A DNA stretch of 64,000 bases, taken from assembly GCA_051313645.2 (NCBI GenBank), contig JBNRSN020000003.1, positions 212,288,001-212,352,000 on the forward strand. Direction: 5' to 3'. This document shows, piece by piece, positions 36,322 through 50,141 of this stretch (positions are counted from its first letter, which is position 1; each line of letters opens with the position of its first letter). This DNA comes from Centroscyllium fabricii (taxonomy: Eukaryota). A program made the position numbers and the translations under genes. Below the pieces are notes generated by a model, which was given only the letters and a program-made list of their open reading frames with translations, ran no database searches and was not told the DNA's origin.

Positions 36322-37034
36322 TAGTCCTTTATGTTTGTAGCCAGATATATTTAATTCATTCTGTTTTCAGATTTCTCCATTTTGAAAGCCTCCTGCTATT
36401 TACAGCAGAACTCAGTGGCGTCCCGACAGATTTCAGCAGGGTATTTAGGCCGCAAACATTTAACAGCATGAGATTCAACATCAATATTCAAAACACAGAA
36501 TGAAATGCAACCAGCACCTGCCTTGAACTTGGGTCATTTCTCAGGAAGAAATATTGTTCAGTGATTTGGAGAATGGCTATACGGTGGCTTTGAAGAAATG
36601 TAATCTCCATAACTTGAAGCTCAGATGGATGAAGATATAAAAGATGTTACTGGATCTTATCATACACATTCCATTGTCTGCAGCAACGTGACTCATGCCC
36701 TTTGTGAAATGGATTTGCACACACTTATAACAAATTCATTTATACACTTCTGTTCAGACAATTAGCTGCACAGACTCTCTGAAGCCCTGTTTACAAATAG
36801 CTACAGGTTTATGCAGATGATTCAGTCAGTTTGTACTGGAAACGTGGAAGGATTGTAGTTCAGAACATCCACCACTAACACCACTGCTTGACATTTAGGT
36901 ATAAAGTCCACTGTATTTTGGCGTGGGTATTCACACGATAGCTGGCTGGTGTGAACACGCGATGTGAAAGTTCTGACAACATAGGTTAACACCACTTGGT
37001 GCGCGAAACTGACCAAAGCATGAAGGTCCTGAGA

Positions 37035-37990
37035 TAGAGACTGCGTGGCGCAGTAGGCTAGACATTGACCTTTTACCTTTGGAACCTGAATTTGAATCTA
37101 ACCTAGTCTCCTGAGGGTAGATTTCAACTCTCGGGCAGCTGACCGCCAGTTGCCCACTCTTGCTGGCGGGAAGCCCAGTCCATTTCGGGGGACATGTCCC
37201 ATTACCATACTACTGCTGGGCTGCGCGCTCTGAACGGGTGTCCCATTGCAGCTCGTTGGCTCCGGGCCTGGATGCTGAGCCGGTCGGCAGCGGCCCACAC
37301 TATTTTCGGGGCCGCTTACTTTTCACCATCCAGTACATCTGGGAGGAGTGTGTGCCAGTTGACCTTTTAAAGTGCATCGGGTATCTACGTACTTCAGAGA
37401 ACCCCGATTTGCATACAGTAGCGATGTTGCTGTCTGATTCTGACCTAGGCAGCCCAGCGGAAAGAAAGAACTTGCATTTATATAGCATCTTTCATGACCT
37501 CTGGACGACCCAAAATGCCTTACAGCCAATTAAGTACTTTTGGAATGTAGGAAACAAGACAGCCAATTTGCGCATAGCAAGGTCCCACAAACAGCAATGT
37601 GATAATGACCAGATTATCTGTTTCAGTGATGTTGGTTGAGAGATAAATATTGGCCAACACTAGGGAGAAGCTCCCCATCTCTTCGAGAAGTGCCAAGGGG
37701 TCTTTTTCATCCACATGAAAGGGGAGACGGAAGACCCCAGTAAATATAAAGTGGTGGATTAATACTGGGGTGGTAGGTAGTGGATATTAATACTAACTTT
37801 GCTACTGCCCCGTTTCCGGCGAGCAGGTCAAGTTATAATCAGCCTATGGGTTGAAAGTTTCTCCTCATTGTGAGTGTCCAAAGTGACTCTGAAATCGCCT
37901 AATCCCAGCTGTTAGTGGATATTAGGCAATAACAAAAAACTGCCCCTAATTCAGCTCTGAATAGCAATCTCACAAAGGCCACAAAATGGC
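37035..37990 (+). mobile_element. Possible LF-SINE-like old SINE split by a MITE-like segment (~37114-37844)
   Basis: A tRNA-like head at 37035-37110 appears to continue at ~37845 with a body loosely resembling LF-SINE. Weak inverted ends gggtagatttcaact and agttataatcagcc bound the intervening segment. Confidence 0.35.
37461..37737 (-). mobile_element. Deu-domain SINE (SacSINE1-like), 3' half
   Basis: Reverse-complement match to ~42270-42560. Confidence 0.85.
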
Positions 37991-40534
37991 TGTTGCAGGA
38001 AATCGAAAAGGTCACATTTGAGTAATAAGGTCTGCACTATTGGGAACATTGTTACGGCATAGCAGAAATGGCTTTACTCTAACCGCCCTATACCTGGCCT
38101 CAGAGTACTCTGGGGATACCGGATGTCTGAAATGGGATAGTATTCTGTGTCTTTGTGCCAATATCTCTTATTATGACGCGCACAAAATTCATTGAAAAAA
38201 CATGCTGAAGTTGCATATTATATAGTATTTGGGTCTGAACAAACACATCCTTGTAGGGTAACTATGGCCGTGCCAACTCTTGTTCTTAAATTAATTTTTT
38301 TTCAAATAAAAGTGAAGCTAGGAGTCGTACCAAGATTCAGTCATTATCTACATGCAGATGGATGCTTTTTCCATGTCTTAATTAGAAAGCACAAAAGATT
38401 GAGATAATTACCCACAAGACATTGCCGTTTACACATACTAATTGACTGTGTGTGCATGCCAGGTCATTCTTGCGTTCCGCCAGGCAGTGTATGTAAAGGC
38501 ATTGATGCGAGCCACCTGCTTTTCTAAATGTATTAAAACATGGTGTCGCTTATGAAATTATTGTTGTTTGACATTTAAAATGGTGCATTAATCACAGTTA
38601 ATTATGTGACATACTACAACACATGCCAGAGGCCAGTTGCAGAACTAGCTACTGTGAGTGATTTAAAGGCAAAATGAAGTGCCTTGCAGTGGATATTTTG
38701 ACTGCTGAGTGCTGCTTATGCAGAACAGTCCTCCAAAGTGGGAACATGTTGGGAATTAATACGAGGGAGCCTCTGTCCTGTGAGCTGAAGGACATCCTGA
38801 ATGATTAGATAGTCTGAAAAAGACTTTTACCAAAAATACAGCAGTTACTGAAATATATTTGTTTATTTTGTAGAGCCAGGAGTTAGATATTTTTAGAACT
38901 ATAGCATGGGGGGGCCGGGTTTCCAATTGTTTAGTTTTTGGGATTTTAACAGAAGCTGTATGGCTAGATCATGGATTTCAATTTAGGGATTGAACAAAAT
39001 CTCGCTCGAGAGAGGTAAAATAAGACCCCTTGCACCCACCCACTGCTAAAATAAGCCTCTACATGCAGCTAAGAGCCTAACCTATATTTATAGGTCTCTT
39101 TAGAGACTATGTAAGACTCGTGTGTGTTTTTTGAGTCTCCACTGACTACTTGTTAAACCATATTAGGCACTTTTAAGTGATTTTTTTTGAGAGGGGAGGG
39201 AAGAATGGCAGTCTTACACTGATTAGTTTTGCATATAAAGCGCAGGCAGATGGTAGAAGAGGCAAAATATTACTGCAGCATGTCTCTGTATGCAACGTAT
39301 ACTTACATCTGAATACACTGTAGGAAGTTGCCACTTATTTAAATTTTGCAGCTGTTGCCTCCTTCCAGTCCCAGTCCTGCTCATTCTACAGGTATGGTTT
39401 GATTGTCAGGACAAAGGTTTCACTTTTTGTTACTAGAAAGTATTAACAAGCCAGTAAACTGCTGCCATTATCACTGCCTTTGCAAAAGTACGAAGACTTC
39501 TGATTTAAATTGCTTGTACATTGACTAAAAGCCAGTTCATTTCCATTATGTTCAAAAAATAGACACATGAATGGCACAAATTAATCAAATTTGAGACCAG
39601 AATAGAAAGCTCTCAGCAGCTAAATGCTCGTGAAAGCAGTTCTTAAAACGAGGGTGAGGACCCGTCAAAAACACATTAAAAATGGTTTGTTTATTAAATC
39701 TGTAGGATTGTGTGGCTTGACCAAGCCTGTGTGCTACCATTGAAGGGGGAACAAGGCAGTAGGCTGCGCTTGGAGACACTCCCCGTACCCCAATTAATGC
39801 TGCCGGGGTTGTGAATGAACGTCTTGCTGAGTTGGGGTCAGAGGTTGAAGTGCAGTGCCAGCTGACAAGTTTGCTTCGTAACGATGGCAGTGACCTATTC
39901 AGAGTCGGAGAGGGAAAAATACATTTCCACCAGCAGATGCTGCAAGACCACTGACTGTGTTTGTGACCAGGAGATCTTGCACTGAAAGTTGGAGGACTTC
40001 AATTAAAAATGTTTGTTTTCTTTTACTTTTCTTTTACAGTTTCCTCACTCAATATTTGCACTTGATGTAAGCAAGAATTACAGAGAAATGACTACTTTGT
40101 GCTGATCATTGAAACATTTCCCATTTAAATGTAGTTGGGATCCTGCAGTGCACAAACACAGATACAATTTAGTAGAAATGTACAAAAGAAAGAAGCAGAG
40201 AAGAATGTGAAAAACAAAGCTAAACAAGAGGATAAATGCTAAAATCTTTACTATCTGAAGAAAGTGATCTGCGTGAAAATGGCTATTTCAATTCTTGCAC
40301 TGTTATACTGTTATTTTACGACAATCTTCTTATTCACTGTTGTAAATACTGTAGTAATATGTCAGGGTTACGGTTTCATGGTATTTAAAATGCACCTGAT
40401 ACATGCTCTGGAATTATATTATCTGTCACATCTTTACACAAAGATGAGTTGACAACAATGATGGCAGGGAAACAATACATCACAAGCCTTCATGGAAAAG
40501 AATAAAATAGTGCCTCTGTAATGTGTAATTTCAT

Positions 40535-40700
40535 AAAGATTTGCTTCCTTGCAGGTGCGGCAGCCATTTTGCACTCAACTAGATCCCACAAACAACAATG
40601 TGTTCAGTGACCAGTTAATCTGTTTTGATAGTATTGGTTGAGGGAGGAATGTTAACCAGGAAATCTCCCCAGTCTTCTTCAATCTTTAAGATCCACCTGT
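40535..40700 (-). mobile_element. Degraded Deu-SINE fragment
   Basis: cagccattttgcac...cccacaaacaacaatg...gaccagttaatctgtttt...ggttgagggaggaatgtt matches the other copies. Confidence 0.7.
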
Positions 40701-41554
40701 ACAAGCCTCAATTACTAACATAAAGCTATGAAATGATTTTAATGGTGTCAAGTCCAGTTATGTCCACAAAAAATTCGACCACCTCGATGCCCGGGATCAC
40801 CCCCCGCCCCCACCCATTAACGTATCATAATCGGCTAAGCTCCGCGATGGAGTTACCAGATTTTCAGTTCCCTCCGATTGGCGAGCTGCTCCAAATGTGT
40901 GAGAAGCTCGCCAACGGACCAAGAAAGTTGGTCAGTGCTCAACCCGCCTCCATTGGGTGGATAGTAGGCTCGCTCTGTCCATCTCACGCCTGATGGAAGC
41001 AGCCACATAAAAATCTACTCCAATGCTTTTTTTGTGACATTATCTTCCTTGTAGTTGAGGTCCTTTCTTTGCCAGCCCTCATTTTAGTACTCAGTTTCCG
41101 AACTTCATATCTTGGTGGTATATCTACTATATTTTGTTTGACATCTTTGAGGGGGTGTTGTGTTCCTGTTGCGCATTAGGATAGATATAGCTGAAGTACG
41201 ACCTCCAATTTCTTTTCTAAAATATTGTGATTTGTTTTTCCCTGGTGCAGAAACCCTAGGTGAACCAGTGAACAAAGGATACTCAAGTGAATAGTAGAGT
41301 ATATTTGGTTTCTACCAAAAATTGTACCTCAGTTTAACTTATTTCAGAAACTCATGATAGCAAAATCTTACTTGCCACCTCATGCATGAAATTACTTTTT
41401 TAGTGTGCACAAAGCTTTAGTTTTCTATCTAAACAAAAGTTTAGGCAATACAACTGTGAAGCTAAGAGTAGGTTGTCAAACAAAATTTCTTTTATTATTC
41501 ACTGACAGGGCAGTAGTCACCAGGGAACATTCTGTCCATGGGGGGACAGGGTAC

Positions 41555-41660
41555 TAGCTTGCTAAAGATCAGCCATGATCTAATTGAATGGCGGAGCAGG
41601 CTCGAAGGGCTGAATGGCCTACTCCTGCTCCTATCTTCTATGATTCTATGATTCTATGTT
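41555..41660 (+). mobile_element. CR1/HE1 3' tail fragment
   Basis: gatcagccatgatctaattgaatggcggagcaggctcgaagggctgaatggcctactcctgctcc followed by (attctatg)n. Confidence 0.85.
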
Positions 41661-42077
41661 GTGACTGCTTTGTGGCCCACCATGGCAAGTGTTTTTCTTG
41701 AGGCAGCTACCTGGAATGACTTGCATACTTTCGCTAAGCTTTATTATCTTGATCTGACAGCTGAACTTGACAAACTTTTAAGCCCTGAAGTGTTTGAAGC
41801 TGACCAGAACATTTAGGTCTTCAGATATTTTTATGCGTGGTAGGAGAGCAGGTCTCAAGTGGAGAACGTTGATTGATTCTTGCCCCATTTTTCTTTTGCA
41901 GTGTGCCTGTTGGAGGGCCAATATGACGGAGACCTGTGTTTTATTTTGTCTCTAATGACGGTCCTTGAAACCAACAAATATTCAGGCCCCAGGAGACTGT
42001 GGATGCACATGTTTTGCCTCCTTTTTATATTGTCAGGTGCCCCTAATTTAGGGAGTGTTGTGTTCCTGTTGCACATT

Positions 42078-42560
42078 GTGTCAGTCGTGGCTCAGTTGGT
42101 AGCACCCTTGCCTACTCAGTCAGAAAGTTGTGGGTTCAAGTCCCACTCCAGAGACTTGAGCACAAAAATCTAGGCTGGTACTTCAGTGCAGTGCTGAGGG
42201 AGTGCGGCACTGTCGGAGGGGCAGTGCTGAGGGAGTGCTGCACTGTCGAAGGTGCCACCTTTCTGATGAGATGTGCTCTCTCAAGTGAACGTAAAAGATC
42301 ACATGACACTATTTCGAAGAAAAGCAGGGGAGTTATCCCCGGTGACCTGACCAATATTTATCCCTCAATCAACATCACTAAAAAACAGATTATCTGGTCA
42401 TTAACACATTGCTGTTTGTGCGAGCTTGCTGTGCGCATATTGGCTGCCGTGTTTCCTACATTAGAACAGTGACTACACTTCAAAAAGTACTTCCTTGGCT
42501 GTAAAGCACTTTGGGACATCCAGTGGTTGTGAATGGCACTATATAAATGGAAGTCTTTTT
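42078..42560 (+). mobile_element. Deu-domain SINE (SacSINE1-like), near full length
   Basis: tRNA head (gtggctcagttggtagca...gggttcaagtccc), Deu core (gagggagtgctgcactgtcg...gtaaaagatcacatgacactatttcgaag) and L2-type tail (ggcactatataaatggaagtctttt). Confidence 0.88.
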
Positions 42561-43254
42561 TAGGATAGACCTGCCTGAAGTATGACCTCTACTTTCTCTT
42601 TTTTTGATATATTGTGATTTGTTTTCCCTGGTGCAAAAACCCGAGGTGAACCACTGAATAAACAGAGAATAGTCAAATGGATAGTGGAGAACATTTTACA
42701 CTGTTATTATCCTGTGATCTGAGAGCCTGGAACCATACAGAAAAGTGAAGACATACAGAAGAGAGGGAAGGAGAGACTTAAATAATGAGGAAAAATAATT
42801 GAGCACAAAAACAGCGCTATAGATTTCATAATGAGAAAAGCGTGTGATAGTGATACAGCGAGAGAAAAGGGTGGAACGGGGGCAGGACAGAACAAGACTT
42901 AGAGTGGGAAAGAAGCTGAGAGACAGTTAGAAGAGATTTTTTTCTTCTGTCTGTGAGCACTGGCATAGGAAATCAACTATATTATCATACAAACTGTGCT
43001 ACATGGCGACATGCTCCTGTCATTATAAGACAGTGTAGCCTCTGACCAGGGCTTGAAGTGGGCCAGAATGGTCCATTTACTGTTCCGCTTCTTGCCTCAA
43101 CCAGCCCTCATCGTACTGCTTCGAATCCAGCTTTTTCCTTCATTGGCCACACACGGTGATTTCCTGAGATTAACAAAAGGCTTTTGAATATGCTGCAGTC
43201 TTTTGGGTGTCTGCTTCAATTTTGGTTTCTCAATCTGACAGTTGTGGCCAGAAA

Positions 43255-44762
43255 TTTGGTCATCGTCCAAAATTCTATAGACTCTGGAACAGTACCCATG
43301 GATTGGAGGGTAGCTAATGTTACCCCACTATTCAAAAAAGGTGGTAGAGAGAAAACGGGGAAATTAGAGACCGGTAAGCCTGACATCGGTAGTGGGGAAA
43401 ACGCTGGAGTCCATTATAAAAGATGTAATAGCTGAGCACTTGGAAAACAGTGACCGGATCAGGCAAAGTCAACATGGATTTACAAAAGGTAAATCATGCT
43501 TGACTAATCTACTGGAATTTTTTGAGGATGTAGCTGGTAAAATAGATAAGGGAGAACCAGTGGATGTGGTGTACTTGGACTTTCAAAAGGCTTTCGATAA
43601 GGTCCCGCATAAGAGATTAGCGTGTAAAGTGAAGGCACATGGGATTAGGGATAAGGTACTGACTTGGATAGAGAACTGGTTGGCAGACAGGAAGCAAAGA
43701 GTTGGAATAAACGGCTCTTTTTCCAAGTGGCAGGCAGTGACTAGTGGGGTACTGCAGGGATCGGTCCTTGGACCCCAGCTATTCACAATATATATATTAA
43801 TGATCTGGATGAGGGAACTAGATGTAATATCTCCAAATTTGCAGATGACACAAAGCTGGGTGGGCGTGTGTACTGTGAGGAGGATACTGAGAAACTCCAG
43901 GATGATTTGGACAGGTTGGGTGATTGGGCAGAAGCATGGCAGATGCAATATAACGTGGATAAATGCGAGGTTATCCACTTTGGTGTCAAAAACAAGAAGG
44001 CAGATTATTATCTGAATGGCAATAGATTGGGAGAAAGGGAAGTGCAATGAGACCTGGGCGTCCTTGTGCACCAGTCGCTGAAGGTAAGCATGCAGGTGCA
44101 GCAGGCGGTCAAGAAGGCAAATGGTATGTTGGCCTTCGTAGCGAGAGGGTTTGAGTACAGGAACATGGATGTCTTGCTGCAGTTGTACAGAGCCTTAGTG
44201 AGACCACATCTTGAGTATTGTGTGCAGTTTTGGATGCCTTTTCAAAGGTGGGATGTTCTTGCCATGGAAGGAGTGCAGCGAAGATTCACCAGGCTGATAC
44301 CTGGGATGGCAGGAATGACATATGAGGAGAGATTGGGTCGATTGGGCTTGTACTCGCTGGAGTTTAGAAGAATGAGAGAGGATCTCATTGAAACTTATAA
44401 AATTCTAACAGGACTGGACAGACTAGATGCAGGAAGGATGTTCCCGATGGTGGGGGAGTCCAGAACCAGGGATCACAGTCTAACGATAAGGGGTAAGCCA
44501 TTTAGGACAGAGGTGAGGAGTAATTTCTTCACCCAGAGAGTGGTGAACCTGTGGATTCTCTACCACAGAAGGCAGTAGAAGCCAATTCATTAAATATATT
44601 CAAGAAGGAGTTGGATATATTCCTTAAGGCTAAAGGGATCAAGGGATATGGGGAGAAAGCAGGGACAGGGTACTGAATTTGGATGATCAGCCATGATCGC
44701 ATTGAATGGCGGAGCAGGCTCGAGGGGCCGAATGGCCTACTCCTGCTCCTATCTTCTATGTA
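43255..44762 (+). mobile_element. 5'-truncated CR1 LINE (~1.5 kb) with a frameshifted RT
   Basis: DWRVANVTPLFKKG, QHGFTKGKSCLTNLLEFF, YLDFQKAFDKVPH, SGVLQGSVLGP, FADD (tttgcagatgac), LVRPHLEYC, then the CR1 3' UTR. Confidence 0.96.
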
Positions 44763-45572
44763 AGCTTTTGTGAGATTGTTGGTGGTCGCCGAGGTGGAGT
44801 TGTAGGATCCAAGGGCCAGGAGAGCAGAACAGGAGCATATTGGACTTGGGTACCACCAAACCAGAAATGAATAGTTGAGGTAACACTTTTGCTGGAGTCT
44901 GCTGTTACCCTGATGTGCTCCTCACTCTTGTTCCAACTTCTCGCTGTTGCTTGGCTCCAGGAGTGATTTTCTTGCTGTGCACTGTAAGCAGCAAGAACTC
45001 TCGTAGGATATGAAGTCTGCAAAAGTTGCAGCTGTTTATGTTGGTTCAATCCTCCGATTTACTGTTTCAGTAACAGATTCTGTATTGAGCTACTAACTTA
45101 ACTGGCCATGCACCGAATCACCCATGAAATGAGAATTTTGAAATGCAACACACTAAGTATTAGATTGTCCATTGGGTATTAGTATGATTTTCCTCATTTC
45201 TCTAAAATGTTTCACTCTGTTGTGTGCCAGTTCCTCATTTGGAGGCACATTAGAATCAATCCTGTTGTAACTACTTGAAATTTGTGCTTAATAGTGTTGT
45301 TGCTCATGTAGATGATATGCTATTTCTAAAGGACAGGCGCATTACACTATATAACGGCGAATGTGCTATTCTACAAATAGTTTTTTGCTACTGTTAGGAA
45401 TAAATTGAATGCTGCTTAAAAATAGATGAGTATGACCAATTACTTCTTAAAATCTGAAAGTTTGTGGGATGTGGTCAAAGGTTACGAAGGGAGGACTAAA
45501 TGGGTGGAGTCAAATGTTGCAGAGTCTGGAGTAAATGTACACAGGAGTGGGGGTGCGGGTGGTGCTAAGTAC

Positions 45573-45872
45573 TTCAATTCAATTCAAGTTTTATTGTCAT
45601 TGCAGAGTACTAGTACAATACAACGAGACGAAGACTCGCCGCTCCCGAGAGTAGTGCAAATAAATTACATGCAAATTGCATACAGTAAAGTACATTTTCA
45701 GGTGTGCAGGTATTGGGAGTTTTTTTTTAGAGTTCAGGAGGCTGACAGCCTTGGGGAAGAAGCTGTTCTTAAATCTAGTCGTGCGGGTGCAAATTGATCT
45801 GTAGCGTCTCCCGGAGGGCAGGGGGGCAAACAGACTGTGGCTGGGGTGTGTGGGGTCTTTAATAATGTTCAG
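45573..45872 (-). mobile_element. Rex1/Babar LINE 3' fragment
   Basis: IIKDPTHPSHSLFAPLPSGRRYRSI...RFKNSFFPKAV, then a 3' UTR with AATAAA and a (ttgaa)n tail. Confidence 0.88.
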
Positions 45873-48800
45873 AGACCTCCGTAGGTTAATCACTGCCTCC
45901 AGATTACTGTGAGCAACATCGTGGGAGATGTGCTAGTATATTGTAAAATGTAAATATTGCTGAGGAATGTGTTCAATTATATTACACATTCTTAGGGCCT
46001 GTATTGTTGTGGGAACTGCTGTTTTGCTCTTGCGTTTTATAAACCTGCAGTCCTAATCTGTGTCATTGCCTTATAACACTGTCCCTATTAAGAAGTAATA
46101 CCAAAGCTGATCCTCCTGTCATTAGTGCCTATTTTTGTTGCTTCCTTTGTCGCCAAACCCAGACACTCATTCCCTGCACACAAATAATAGTATGAAATTT
46201 CTCTCTTTTTTTTAATTAAAACCTTTCTTCCCTTCCCGTTGAAAACAGTGACTGAACAGGGTTATATTTTCCTCTATACCACACTGCCTCCTTGGCCATT
46301 CTGGATAGTGTGTGTTGAATGGCTATTTTACTATAGGGGCATCAGAATTGAGCCTAATTCTACCATCATCAACTTCCACAGAGGCGCACTTTCTGACTGA
46401 GATCCCAGGTTACGGAGCAGGAGTGGGATCCGGGGGTGCTGAGGCAGATTGTACTGCACCCACTGCTTCTCTGACTGAGATCAGCTAGCTACTCTCAGAC
46501 TGGGAATTCAACTCTGTGCCACAATAGGCATTCCATTAGTCCAGTGAGCCATCTGGGTTTCTCATGTGAGTTCTGCCATATCTGCTAATGAGCCTGGTTG
46601 AAAATGCTTCTATTTTCAATGCCTAAGGGCAGATCTTGGGAAAGCATATAAATTTTAAATGCCATAGCTTTAGTGATTTTTGGCTGTGTCACTGGCACCG
46701 ATTTAATGACTGCTGGTGAAACACTAACTGCTTCAAGTTGCACATGTCAAATAAATGGCCGGTTCAGGTTACCCTCACCAGCTCTCCAGATTTATTATCT
46801 GATACTCGAGTATGGGCCAGGTGGAGCTCAAAGGGGTCAATGGAATTCCTCGCTTTCTACTATTGAAGAAGTTGTTGAAATTAATTAAGATGCTGATAAC
46901 CTACGGTTAATATGGCCCTCATTTTGTTAGATTTCCTTTTTCATTGATTCTTACTTTCCTTGTCAAATGAGATTATAGTACATGACCAGAAGGACGTCAA
47001 GGAATGTATATTGTTCAACAGAATAACATTTGTATCCGATTTTGGGGGAGAGAAGAACTTTGTTTTTTGCATGACTTTGGGTAGATGTGGCTTAGTTTGA
47101 GTTGGTTTGCAGTGACTCAACCTATTAACAGGCACATAATTCAAGCTTGCATCAATATTGCTGACTTTTGTTGAGGGTTACGGTCTCGAGCAGTATCTTA
47201 TTTGAAGGTGAATCTTACAAAAGCTGTGGGATACTGCACCATGGGATGATGTCGGCCTCAACCTGATCTCAGCCATACTGCAGTGAAAATTAGCAAGTGG
47301 AGGTTAAACAGTTACCAGGAGGGAGAGGAAACAAAATTCAGATGATCAGTCAGTCTGTGCTAATCATGGGCACCTCCTACTGGCTGACCATAGATTGGCA
47401 TTGATGGAGGCCCAGTATTCATAGTATGAATGGGAAGAATGATGTTAATGAAGTCTTTCATCTTGGGGCGCTGCAGTATCCCTGCTTTCTAGTAGTGCTC
47501 CTTTGCTCTAAGCTGCTTGAGAGAGGGAAAGAACTGCTGGTCCCATCTAGGTGACCTGGGAGAAGCAGGAAGCAGAAGATTTAGCAAAGAGCTCAAGTGG
47601 AGGTGATGGAGGACCCAAACTGCTTAATGAATGTCGCTGCTCAGTGCAGCCTTCAAGTTAGGCCAGTGTCTATATGAAGACTGAAATGGTATCAAATCAC
47701 TTCCTGTGGCATTTTTTATTGTTTATTATCTCCTAAATCATAATTTCTTTACGTCATTTGTTGTCTTTTTTTGGTTGGAATTCCTTGTGTCATTGAGCAC
47801 GTAGGGCTTTTTCGCTACTCAGTGTGGCCCATTGACTTTTACTCACCTGATGAACCTTGTCTCTAGATCCCCTTCTATGTGGAATTGAGAAAATGTACTT
47901 CAGTCCAATCAGCCCCCGTCTGTCCCTCTTGGCTGTCCATATAAGACTCAATTCAGACCACTTTCACATTTGTCCTGCCTTGGAAACGAGGGATACCGAG
48001 CATATATCCATCGGTACCCTGTTGATTGAGAATCTCTCCATGTTTTAGTGCTTTAATCAAGCTGCATTCACTGTTGTGTTCAGTCTGCTTTGTCACACCA
48101 ATTTTAATTGTGAAGTACTTGCATTTAATTCTGGGTTTTCTTTGGTTTTAATAATTTCCTCTAGTTTTCTTTTTGCTGGTTCAGCACAACGAAGCAACTC
48201 TCATCCACCCCACTGATTTCCTTCATGAGTTTAAAGACATGGATCATATCCCTTCTTAGTCTCCTTTTTCCACAAGAACAGATTTAGCTCCCTTAGCCCA
48301 TTGAATTCCTGTATAGCGCCCTGTTGCTCTTGCTGTTCTGGGTCTTCTCTTTCTAGTTGTTTATGTTTCACTGTTGGTCTAAGACTGCCCAAGATGACAG
48401 TAGTTTTTGTTAATTCTCCATCCAATTATCCCGATAAAAATGTAATTATTATATAAATATGGTGGTTTAAATTTCCCTTTTTAAATTCTAATCTAAAACA
48501 TTCACTTGCAATTAACAAGTGAGTATCTCTCTGCTTATGTAAACGTAAGTGTCCTGGCACCCTGCCCTAAAAATGATTTCCAAAAACATGAGCTCCCTCA
48601 TAGCTTTAAACTGAGTCTTAACCAAAGTACACACCCTCCCCACAGCTGCTTTTCAGCCTAACAGGATTCCAGATTTGAAATCTGGGTTAGGGTTAGTGCA
48701 GGATCTCTCGCTTTGTTCATTCGCGGTGTGTGTGCCAGCCATTGATGAAACTTCGCCTTGAGCAGTTAACTTGTTGCTGATGGGTTTTCTTCTACTATCC

Positions 48801-49377
48801 TGGTTCTTGTAATATTAGATTTCTCTGTTATATTATGAACATCTGATGTGTTAAAGTAAGAAAATCCCTTTCAACTCATTCATTGCATTTCAAATTACAC
48901 TAAAGCCCACAGAATACAGAAACTTTCAGAGCTAATGTAGAAGAAAAAGAAACGGTTGGTTCTAATAAGATTGTTTGCAATGTTGCAAGTCGCATTCTAA
49001 CTCCAGCTGGGGTTTGAACACCCCAGCATTGTGGATGCAGTGTTGGTGACATTGAACCACCTGTATTGGAAGGTAGCACATCAATCTAGATTCACTGGGC
49101 CACTGATTCCTACTGAGGGGTTTGTTTTACTCTCAGGTATGTACCATGGAAAGCATGTAGCAAAAAACAAACATACATGTTTGTATCTATAAATGAATAT
49201 ATAAGATTATATAATGAATATATAATATCTGTATGGTACCCGAGTCCAACTTTAATGCATAGTTTGTGCCAAATTATCTCCAATAATGCTGCAAACATGT
49301 CGAAAAAGATTTAACTGGTCATTTGTCCTGAGATTGAACAATTTTCCTCCGGATTCTGCTCTATTCAGCACACAAAG

Positions 49378-50141
49378 GGGGGGATTTTGCCAGAAGGGCG
49401 GGAACCTGCCGGGGATTGGTCTGGGCCGCTTCCGGTCCCGCCCGCCCAAACAGCTGGGAAGTCGCCGCAATTTTAATTTAATTAGGTTGTTAAATCCCCG
49501 CCGGCGGCAGCGGGTGGTAATTACCTCAATCGAGTCAGGCTGCATCGGAGCTGCGTGGAGTTTGATTGACAGTTCCAGCACTGGTTGTTGACAGTTCCCA
49601 TGGAAGCACTCCACTGTGACATCACAGTCGAGTGGAACCAATGGGAAAGGTCAAGTGCTGGTGACTGACAGGTGGGCGGGCGGGCTCCCAATCCTTGACA
49701 GCTAGCCAGTGGCTGTGAGCAAATGGTCAGAGCTGAGTTTTCTCTGTTTTTGCTCACAGCTGCTGCAGACAGAACGGAGTAACGTACTCCTCTAAGGTGC
49801 TGGAGGCATGCCAAGCATTTGGCAGTATGTCCTTCACACCTTGAAGGAGAAAGTGATAACCAGCGCTGTGCTCCCGCTGGGTTTCACCCAGCGGGGTTTA
49901 AGGTGACGGGGTTAGGGCAGGAAACAGGGCAAAATGGCTGAGGGCCCTTAAAATGGCATTAAAGATGCTAATTAAGGGCCCTTAACGAGGTGACAACCCA
50001 TCCCCGCCAGCCGGTGGCGGGAAGGTTTCGGGGCGGGGGTAAATGAGAAAGCAGCGGGGGAGGACGGGACCCGCTGCTCCCGCTATTTTGCCGGCCGGGC
50101 CGCCCAAAACCCTGCCTCATGGCCAGATGAAATTCACCCCC
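49378..50141. mobile_element. GC-rich MITE-like DNA element (possibly Harbinger-like)
   Basis: G-rich start and ...aaattcaccccc end. Homologous in inverted orientation to 56283-56939 (shared ggccggcaaaatagcgg, aaaccttcccgcc and aatgccattttaagggccct). Confidence 0.7.

Noticed and set aside
39340-40075. Possible small exons (polypyrimidine-AG ... GT at ~39350-39391 and ~40040-40066)
   Set aside because: No recognisable coding content or consistent frame. Such signals are common by chance and need RNA-seq.
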